Source of the DNA: Thermoproteus tenax Kra 1 | GTDB taxonomy: Archaea > Thermoproteota > Thermoprotei > Thermoproteales > Thermoproteaceae | Direction: 5' to 3' | Length of the DNA stretch: 32,000 bases | Assembly: GCF_000253055.1 (NCBI RefSeq) | Contig: NC_016070.1 | Location: forward strand, 1,500,001 to 1,532,000 | Part shown: in pieces, positions 25,584 through 32,000 of the stretch | Numbering within the stretch: position 1 is the stretch's first letter | Layout of the letters: every line of letters begins with the position of its first letter | Position numbers and translations under genes: made by a program | Notes under the pieces: model-generated | The model's input: only the letters and a program-made list of their open reading frames with translations | What the model was told of the DNA's origin: nothing | Databases searched by the model: none

Positions 25584-26585
25584 CTACGTTGGACAGACGC
25601 CGTTTAGCTTGTCGAACGCATCCGCCAATCTATCTTCGGGCTCAACTAGGGCGATTCTCACGTGGCCTTGATCGCCGAAGCTCTCGCCAGGCAACACTGA
25701 GACGCCCACCTTCAAGGCTCCTCTAAAGAACTCTATACTCCCGCACTTAACCCTCGGGAAGAGGTAGAAGGCCCCCCTCGGTCTAGCGAAGTCCAGCTTG
25801 AGGACACGCTCAGCGAGCTCGGCCCTCCTCCTATATATCTCAGACAACAGCGAGCCGAGCTTGGGTATCTGAGGCACCAATTGCGCGACCGCTTTCTGGA
25901 GAATTGGGGGAGCGGAGTTTATTGTGGCTCTGTTGAACTTAACAACGGCCCTCGCGATGTCCCTCGGGGCGATCACTACGCCGACTCTGAAGCCAGGCAC
26001 CGAGAAGATCTTGCTGAAGCTGTAGACGACGGCCACATTAGAGGTGAACTCCAGGGGCGATGTGAAGGGCTCAAAGACGATATCTCTATAAACCTCATCG
26101 CTTATAATGAACTCGGCTACGTCCACTAGCTCCCTCACCTTATGTCTCGGCAACACGGCGCCAGTTGGGTTGTTCGGGTAGTTTACTAGGTACACCCCCC
26201 TCTCACTGAAGCTGGGAATCCACCCGGTCTCCCTAGACGTCTCTATGAAGCTCAGAGGTATCTCGAAGTTTGACGCTATCTCTATATATCCGGAATAATA
26301 TGGCTTGGGTGTTATCAACCCCCGCTTCCTGAAGATCCACATTAGGGCAGCAAGGCCGTGTCTTCCCCCCGACACTACAACGACCTCGTTTTTGTCCACT
26401 TTGAAGAGCTCGGCGACTCTCTCCCTAAGCTCGGGCTCACCCTCGGAGGGGCCGTAGGGGGCGTACTCTAAGCCCTTCAGATACTCGAACACTTGTGGCG
26501 GAGGCTTCACGTCCGGCTCGCCTACGTCGAGCCTGTGAGGCGGATTAACCCTCCTTATCTCGCTAAGTATATCCACGAGCTCCAT
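25584..26585 (-). CDS. Class I/II aminotransferase (probable aspartate/aromatic)
   Basis: RLDVGEPDVKPPP, VVVSGGRHGLAALM, LVNYPNNPTGAVL, IISDEVYRDIVF, VYSFSKIFSVPGFRVGVVIAP. ATG at 26585 has ccttaaaacc about 25 nt upstream; the ORF is open to 26651. Confidence 0.9.
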   Translation of the reverse strand: MELVDILSEIRRVNPPHRLDVGEPDVKPPPQVFEYLKGLEYAPYGPSEGEPELRERVAELFKVDKNEVVVVSGGRHGLAALMWIFRKRGLITPKPYYSGYIEIASNFEIPLSFIETSRETGWIPSFSERGVYLVNYPNNPTGAVLPRHKVRELVDVAEFIISDEVYRDIVFEPFTSPLEFTSNVAVVYSFSKIFSVPGFRVGVVIAPRDIARAVVKFNRATINSAPPILQKAVAQLVPQIPKLGSLLSEIYRRRAELAERVLKLDFARPRGAFYLFPRVKCGSIEFFRGALKVGVSVLPGESFGDQGHVRIALVEPEDRLADAFDKLNGVCPT

Positions 26586-26608
26586 TTGGTCTGCTATTTC
26601 AAGCGGTT

Positions 26609-27823
26609 TTAAGGCTTGCTCTGAAGGAGATATAGGACTGCCGACGGCCACGTCTTAGCCAGAGGGGCCAGATCGTTGACGCAGCCCCCCACGGCCCTCA
26701 TGGCGGTGAGGGCCATGAGGCAGATCCTGTGATCGCCGTGACATTCGAAGGCCACATCCCTACGCCTAGGGGGTCCCTCAACGGTCAAAACGCCGTTGGA
26801 GTACTCGGCGCGTGCGCCGAGCCTCCTCACTATATCGCTTATGCTCTCGATCCTATTGGACTCCTTGTAGGCGAGATGTTGTACTCCTCTGATCTTGCTC
26901 GCTCCGGCCGTGAAGGCCCCCAACAGAGCGACCGGAGGCGCCAGATCGGGCGCGGTGGATAAGTCGACATCCAGAGGTCTGGCGGGTTGGCCCTCCACGC
27001 TAACGGCGCCATCCGAGAGCACGACGGAGACTCCCGCATCCTGCAAAATGTCCACTATCTGTTCGTCGGGCCCTCCCCTCAGGTTAGTGATGCGCGCTCT
27101 GCCGCCCGTTATTGCCGCGCCCACCATCAAGAAGGCCGACAAAGAATAATCGCCGGGCACCGCCAGACGGCCCGGAGACTTAAGGGGGCCCCTCACATAG
27201 ATTACATTGTCCTCCACCTCGGCCTGGCCTCCGAAAATCCTTATGACATCTCCTGTCGCCTCCACGTACTGCCATGACTTCCTCTCCCCTGTCACCTCAA
27301 TGCGGCCGCCCTCCTCCGCGACCGTTGAGAGAAACATCAGCCCGCTGATATACTGGGAGGTCACATCGCCTCTGATCTTGACGTCTACGCGTCTAACGCC
27401 GGAGCTGTCTATAAGCACAACGCCGGGCAACCAGACGATGCGCGCATAAGAGGACAACACATCGACGAGATCTCTCAGCGGCCTCCTTGAGAGCTGCTCG
27501 GCCATGAATATGGCAGTGAACCCCTCTATGCCCGCGTACAATGCAGTGGCCACTCTGCCCGTGAACCCCGAGTCGCCGACACTAAAGGCTCTATATCTGT
27601 CCGGAGTCCTTCTCTCTATCACGGCTAGATCTCCCCGCAGCTCTATGGAGGATATGGGCTGGATCGCCCTCAAGGCCGCTACGACGTCGTCGCTGAGCTC
27701 CAGAGGGCCTATCTCGGTCGCTCCCTCGGCTAACGCTGATGCGAAAATATACCGTTGCGACATAGGCTTGGATGGCGGCGCGGGGAACTCCCCCTCTATT
27801 GGCGAGGGCTTTACGCAGAGCAT
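26609..27823 (-). CDS. aroA: 3-phosphoshikimate 1-carboxyvinyltransferase (EPSP synthase)
   Basis: EFPAPPSKPMSQRYIFASALAEG, GDVTSQYISGLMFLS, VPGDYSLSAFLMVGAAI, ESNRIESISDIVRRLG, HGDHRICLMALTAMRAVGG. Confidence 0.92.
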   Translation of the reverse strand: MLCVKPSPIEGEFPAPPSKPMSQRYIFASALAEGATEIGPLELSDDVVAALRAIQPISSIELRGDLAVIERRTPDRYRAFSVGDSGFTGRVATALYAGIEGFTAIFMAEQLSRRPLRDLVDVLSSYARIVWLPGVVLIDSSGVRRVDVKIRGDVTSQYISGLMFLSTVAEEGGRIEVTGERKSWQYVEATGDVIRIFGGQAEVEDNVIYVRGPLKSPGRLAVPGDYSLSAFLMVGAAITGGRARITNLRGGPDEQIVDILQDAGVSVVLSDGAVSVEGQPARPLDVDLSTAPDLAPPVALLGAFTAGASKIRGVQHLAYKESNRIESISDIVRRLGARAEYSNGVLTVEGPPRRRDVAFECHGDHRICLMALTAMRAVGGCVNDLAPLAKTWPSAVLYLLQSKP

Positions 27824-28839
27824 TTGAACTGATCGAGCCCCCTCTCAGCGTACTCCAGCGGCACTTCCTCCAGGACCCACTTCCCCAGGCCCACCGGGAG
27901 GGGCATCAAGATCTTGTCCCCCCTCCTCTTTTTGTCAAAAAGCACTAGCTCGCGGGCCCTCTTGTAGGAGTCGCCGCTCAGACAGGTTTTAACCGGCAGG
28001 CCGAAGCCCTCCAAGAGCTCTGCCAGTTGGCCCAAGTGGGACTCCTTGAAGTAGCCCATCTCGACCGCCATTTTTCCCTCTGCGATCATCCCCAGCGAGA
28101 CAGCCTCGCCGTGTAGGAGGTTCAATACGCGCTCCAGGGCGTGTCCCACCGTATGTCCGAAGTTTAGGACCTGCCTTATGTTTTTTGTCTCGAACTCGTC
28201 TATCTCAACGATCGACGATTTGATCTGGGCGCTTCTGAACACGACTTCCTCAAGCGCGCCGGCATCGCGGGAGAGGAGTTCGGCGCGATGGCTCCTGAGG
28301 TACTCGAAGAGACCCCGGTCCAAAACTACGCCGTACTTCACAACCTCGGCGAAAGCGGATCTATAGACGTTTTCAGGCGTGCTGGACACGAAACGCAGAT
28401 CGGAGATTATGAGATCGGGCTGATATATGACGCCTATTAGATTCTTCACGTAGCCCCAGTCGACCGCGCCCTTCCCTCCTATAGATGCGTCGACCATCGA
28501 TAGAAGCGTGGTCGGCACAAGGACGAGCCCTATCCCGCGCATATAGGTGCCTGCGGCGAAAGTGGCCAAGTCGAGGAGGGCACCTCCTCCGACTGCCACG
28601 AGGTATGTGGCCCTGTCCACCCCTCTCGAGGCAAGGTATTGGTAGACCTTGGTCAGCGTATCTAAGCCCTTGATCTCCTCGCCTCCGCTCAACACGAGGC
28701 AGTCCCCCTCAGCCTTGAAGTTGGACTTCTCGTCGATTAAGTAGACGGCTCTACCCCCTATTAGTCTCCCTATATCGATATCTCTGCCGACGATGACCCT
28801 GGTGATCCCCCTGCTGTGTCTGTAGAAGAACTCCCTCAT
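27811..28839 (-). CDS. aroB: 3-dehydroquinate synthase
   Basis: YLVAVGGGALLDLATFAAGTYMRGIGLVLVPTTLLSMVDASIGGKGAVD; NIRQVLNFGHTVGHALE; HGEAVSLGM. Confidence 0.95.
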   Translation of the reverse strand: MREFFYRHSRGITRVIVGRDIDIGRLIGGRAVYLIDEKSNFKAEGDCLVLSGGEEIKGLDTLTKVYQYLASRGVDRATYLVAVGGGALLDLATFAAGTYMRGIGLVLVPTTLLSMVDASIGGKGAVDWGYVKNLIGVIYQPDLIISDLRFVSSTPENVYRSAFAEVVKYGVVLDRGLFEYLRSHRAELLSRDAGALEEVVFRSAQIKSSIVEIDEFETKNIRQVLNFGHTVGHALERVLNLLHGEAVSLGMIAEGKMAVEMGYFKESHLGQLAELLEGFGLPVKTCLSGDSYKRARELVLFDKKRRGDKILMPLPVGLGKWVLEEVPLEYAERGLDQFKCSA

Positions 28840-29783
28840 CTGGCGAGCGATATAAGCTCCTCGGCCCTGGCGGCTATGTTTTCGGGCGTGAGCCCGAAAT
28901 ATCTATAGAGCTCCTCCGGGCTCTTGGCGGTTCTGCCGAAAGTCTTGACGCCCATCATGGCCAGAGGCTTGGGGCCGATGTTGGCAAGCGCCTCGGCCAC
29001 CGCCGACCCAAAGCCTCCGTGCACCATGTGTTCCTCGACTGTTACAATAGCCTTTACGGCTCTGGCGTATCTGGAGAGGAGCGTGAGATCTAGCGGCTTT
29101 ATCGTCGGAAAGTGCAAGACGGCGGCCGAGATGCCCTTCTCCCTCAGGATGTGCGCCGCATCGATAGCATAGCCGAGCATCTGGCCGGTGGTCATTATAG
29201 CGACGTCGGAGCCGTCGGCCGCCACGTATCCCTTGCCGACCTCAAACACTTTATAGAGGTCGCACGTGGCCGGTATATGGAAGTCTCTTCCAACTCTCAC
29301 GTACACTGGACCTCTGACTTCCGCCGTCGCCATCACGGCTCTGTAGGTCTCACACGAGTCGGCGGGCGCTATCACTGTGAAGTTGGGAAGCACTCTGAAG
29401 AGCGCAATGTCCTCTAGGGCCTGGTGCGAGGGCCCATCGTATGGATCCGAGAAGCCCGCGTGAGTGCCTATGAACCTGACGGGCAGATTCAAACGGGCGA
29501 CCGAGTTTCTAATTATCTCCCACGCTCTCAACATGAACTCGGCGAAGGTGAGCGCGTAGGGCATAAAGCCGGCGTAGGCCAGGCCGGCGGATATGGCGGC
29601 CATAGCCTGCTCGGCGATGCCGACGTTGAAGAATCTATCGGGGTGCCGTTCGGCGAAGAAGCGGGCCCTAGTCGTTTCACCTGTGTCGGCCACAACCACT
29701 ACTACGTCCTTCCTCAAGTCGCCTAGATCGGCCAAGGCCTTGCCGGCGGCCTCTCTCGGCGTAAGCTCCTCCACTAGCGACAT
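28836..29783 (-). CDS. Transketolase, C-terminal (Pyr/TKC) subunit
   Basis: PDRFFNVGIAEQAMAAISAGLAYAGFMPYALTFAEFMLRAWEIIRN; VEEHMVHGGFGSAVAEALA. Confidence 0.93.
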   Translation of the reverse strand: MSLVEELTPREAAGKALADLGDLRKDVVVVVADTGETTRARFFAERHPDRFFNVGIAEQAMAAISAGLAYAGFMPYALTFAEFMLRAWEIIRNSVARLNLPVRFIGTHAGFSDPYDGPSHQALEDIALFRVLPNFTVIAPADSCETYRAVMATAEVRGPVYVRVGRDFHIPATCDLYKVFEVGKGYVAADGSDVAIMTTGQMLGYAIDAAHILREKGISAAVLHFPTIKPLDLTLLSRYARAVKAIVTVEEHMVHGGFGSAVAEALANIGPKPLAMMGVKTFGRTAKSPEELYRYFGLTPENIAARAEELISLAR

Positions 29784-30643
29784 GTCACCCTCTTGGCCAT
29801 CTCCAGTGCCTCATCTCGGGGCACTCTTTGCCTTGTAGAGCCCTCCAAGCCCTCAACGCCCCTCCCTCGGACAGTCTCGGCAATAATGGCGCTGGGCGCC
29901 TCGGACCTCTCGGCCGCCTCGATAGCCTTCACGAGTTCGCCTATATTGTGTCCATCTACCACTTGGACGAAGAAGCCCAACGATCTAAATCTTCCGGCGA
30001 TGTCTCCCTTTCGTAGCACTTCCTCCGAGAATCCGTCCAACTGAGCCTTGTTGTGATCTACTATCACTATTAGGTTGTTCAACTTGTAGGAGGCGGCCAC
30101 CGCCATAGACTCCCACGAGATCCCCTCGTCCAACTCTCCGTCGCCGGTTATCAAGAAGACCTTACCGGCGTGGCCCTTGAGCTTCAAGCCTAGGGCTAGC
30201 CCCACGGCCATGCCGATGCCAAGGCCTAAGGATCCCGAGTTGGACACATCGGTGAACGGCGTATCGTCCTCTGGGTGGTTCTGTAGTCTGCTACCCAAAG
30301 ACCCCGTCTCTCTCAGCTCGTCTTGGTTCAGATAGCCGAACAACGAGGCCAGCGCGTATATGGCGTGTACGGCGTGGCCCTTGGAGAGGATAAGGTAGTT
30401 CCGGGTCGATACGCCGTTATGTGCGTTGAACTTAAGCCGCCCTGTGCCGTAGAGCGCAGTCAATATATCCAGGACCGATAGGGAGGAGCCTATGTGGATG
30501 CCTGGATCGTAGGCGGCCATTATCATCAATCGCCTCCGGGCCTCACATGATAGCTCGTCTAGTGAGTCCACCCCGATTTCGCGTACCCCGAAACCTCCTC
30601 CATAAAGGCCGAGGTAAGGAGATCTTAAAAATTTTGTCTTCAA
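29774..30643 (-). CDS. Transketolase, N-terminal (TPP-binding) subunit; exact start uncertain
   Basis: GIHIGSSLSVLDILTALYG; YLILSKGHAVHAIYALA; FLITGDGELDEGISWESMAVAASYKLNNLIVIVDHNKAQLDG. The ORF opens with TTG in an AT-rich TATA-like stretch, so the true start is probably internal (e.g. the GTG at GVDSLDELSC). Confidence 0.9.
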   Translation of the reverse strand: MKTKFLRSPYLGLYGGGFGVREIGVDSLDELSCEARRRLMIMAAYDPGIHIGSSLSVLDILTALYGTGRLKFNAHNGVSTRNYLILSKGHAVHAIYALASLFGYLNQDELRETGSLGSRLQNHPEDDTPFTDVSNSGSLGLGIGMAVGLALGLKLKGHAGKVFLITGDGELDEGISWESMAVAASYKLNNLIVIVDHNKAQLDGFSEEVLRKGDIAGRFRSLGFFVQVVDGHNIGELVKAIEAAERSEAPSAIIAETVRGRGVEGLEGSTRQRVPRDEALEMAKRVTCR

Positions 30644-30700
30644 CGCATCGAGATGTCCGACGAACTCTTCGCCGCCCTAAAGGGCTGGGTTTCTCCTTGC

Positions 30701-30838
30701 CTATGCCTTCATCGGTAGCCAGGCAACCTCCGGCGCGGGCTCATCGGGCACGGGGCCGGGCGGCACTCGGCCCTCCTCGAGCGCCTTCCTCTCGATGTTT
30801 ACCACCGTGACGACGCCCCCCCCCCCCCACTCCAGCAT
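30701..30838 (-). CDS. Small hypothetical ORF (45 aa) containing a G13 homopolymer near its 5' end
   Basis: Reverse strand ATG CTG GAG TGG (G)13... TAG = MLEWGGGGVVTVVNIERKALEEGRVPPGPVPDEPAPEVAWLPMKA. TATA-like cttaaaaac (30867-30875) upstream. Confidence 0.4.
   Translation of the reverse strand: MLEWGGGGVVTVVNIERKALEEGRVPPGPVPDEPAPEVAWLPMKA
30816..30828. repeat. Homopolymer tract, 13 C on + / 13 G on -
   Basis: Direct read: cgacg-ccccccccccccc-actcc. Confidence 0.95.
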
Positions 30839-31045
30839 ATCCTCTCCTGCTCCCACTTGATTTGCTGTTTTTAAGCCGCTGTGCCACAGACGGCGGAGGC
30901 TTCCCAGAACCTCTCGTGCCGACTACAAAGAACTTCCCCAACGATCGTGAAAAAGGAAGCAGCCCGCGCCGAGTGGGAAGAGGCTGTGGCGAAAATATCG
31001 ACTTGGATGAGGATATCTGGGGCCTAGGGCGTCCCCTCCAAACTT

Positions 31046-32000
31046 TTAGCGCAACTTGGCCAAGGCCGAGACGAGGCCGTCTACCACGGCCTGTTTCAGC
31101 GTCTGCGGCTGCACGGAGCCTGCTCTGTAGTCGGCTGCCAGAGACTTAGCATCTTCATATCTACGCCCTCCTACCTCCAGGGGGCCGTGATAGGGTATGA
31201 GTAGATATGCGGCGAGCTCGTAAACTGGGTTGAACTCAGTCTCGTTGGGAGGACAATACGCTGACCAGACCTTCTTGGAGATCTCCTCAGGCGTGTCCGT
31301 CACATATATGGCCGTGCCGGGCCTCGACTTAGACATCTTGTACAAGGCGAGCACTTCGTCCAACTCTCTACTGCTGCCCTCCATCCTCCCCACGCCGGTC
31401 AGCGAAGTTATTATGGGCGTGTGTATAGAGGAGGGCTTTTTCAGCCCCAACTTCTCGGCCACATCGCGGGCCAACATGTGGGCCCTCCTCTGGTCCAGCC
31501 CTCCCAACGCGACGTCTACGTCAAGATAGAAGATATCCGCCACTTGCATAGCTGGATAGAGCAACTTTGAGAAATCCAGCTCCACCTCCTCCTGTCTTCT
31601 CCCCATTATAGGTATGGCCCTACGTATCCTGGCGAGAGAGGCGGCCTTGGAGACTCTCACCACAAGCTCCCAGTAGTGAGGGTCCGAGGCGAGGTCCCTT
31701 CCGTCCTTGAACTTGAACTTGCTCGATATTCTTCCGGCCAGTTCGCGTATTTTCGCCGCCTGCTCCGCCAACGTCGCCATATCGCCTTTATCGTTTATCC
31801 ACGCGTGCCATATGGCCTCTAGAAGTATCACCTCGAAACCTGCCTCAACGAGATCCCTCGCCTTGTACATCCAGACGAGCCAACCTACGTGCACCGGCCA
31901 GGCCGGCTCGTAGCCGATATACGCCCTTCCGCCAACCTTCCTCTTTATCTCCTCCTCAGTGACTAGCTCCACCGCGTTTCTGGCTACTATGTCGAAGGAC
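31046..32000 (-). CDS. tyrS: Tyrosyl-tRNA synthetase, 5' end beyond the right window edge
   Basis: AYIGYEPAWPVHVGWLVWMYKARDLVEAGFEVILLEAIWHAWINDKG; KMSKS at YKMSKSRPGTAI. The frame stays open upstream of 31972 (SFDIVARNAVELVTEEEIKRK), so the gene continues past 32000. Confidence 0.88.
   Translation of the reverse strand, partial: SFDIVARNAVELVTEEEIKRKVGGRAYIGYEPAWPVHVGWLVWMYKARDLVEAGFEVILLEAIWHAWINDKGDMATLAEQAAKIRELAGRISSKFKFKDGRDLASDPHYWELVVRVSKAASLARIRRAIPIMGRRQEEVELDFSKLLYPAMQVADIFYLDVDVALGGLDQRRAHMLARDVAEKLGLKKPSSIHTPIITSLTGVGRMEGSSRELDEVLALYKMSKSRPGTAIYVTDTPEEISKKVWSAYCPPNETEFNPVYELAAYLLIPYHGPLEVGGRRYEDAKSLAADYRAGSVQPQTLKQAVVDGLVSALAKLR

Noticed and set aside
30741-30941. Minus-strand 66-aa ORF with Walker-A-like GTRGSGKP
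   Set aside because: Low-complexity Arg/Gly/Pro-rich translation, TTG start, no promoter at the right distance and no other P-loop motifs. The similarity is probably chance. It is kept only as a possible frameshift partner of the G13 tract.
1-32000. CRISPR array, transposon, integrase or toxin-antitoxin/defence island
   Set aside because: No regularly spaced direct repeats, no transposase/recombinase-like ORF and no nuclease or Cas-like motifs were seen. Gene content is core metabolism and information processing.

Overview
The window is about 32 kb of compact, housekeeping-type chromosome from a hyperthermophilic crenarchaeon, most likely Thermoproteales. I base that on protein families, leaderless genes with TATA boxes about 25 nt upstream, and non-canonical tRNA introns. 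The gene content includes Sec61-beta, a TatD-like hydrolase, a DegT-family aminotransferase, a DUF59/SufT-like protein, and two phosphoribosyltransferases (one with an N-terminal HTH). It also includes TyrA, ProC, a Zn-dependent alcohol dehydrogenase, a TFB paralogue, Nep1, a METTL5-like methyltransferase, RpoL, DUF2067, Csl4, L23/L4/L3, DUF2175, GH13 and GH31 glycosidases, and TyrRS at the right edge. A near-complete shikimate cluster (aroK, aroC, aroE, aroD fused to chorismate mutase, an aminotransferase, aroA, aroB) sits next to a split transketolase. Three tRNA genes are present: Val(GAC) without an intron, Gly(CCC) with a 24-nt insertion, and Leu(TAG) with a 17-nt insertion. Features missing from the 60-aa ORF track are a 56-aa Sec61-beta, the partial CDS at the left edge, a 29-aa single-TM ORF at 9001, a 45-aa ORF containing a G13 homopolymer at 30701-30838, and a convincing C/D box sRNA at 6103-6157(-). 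A second, weaker C/D-like ncRNA candidate has its own promoter at about 15460-15520(+). The most distinctive pattern is promoter geometry at divergent gene pairs: starts either about 40-48 nt apart around one central bidirectional TATA, or about 25-27 nt apart with each TATA beside the other gene's start codon. I see no CRISPR array, transposon or defence island, and no evidence for a large novel multi-gene system.
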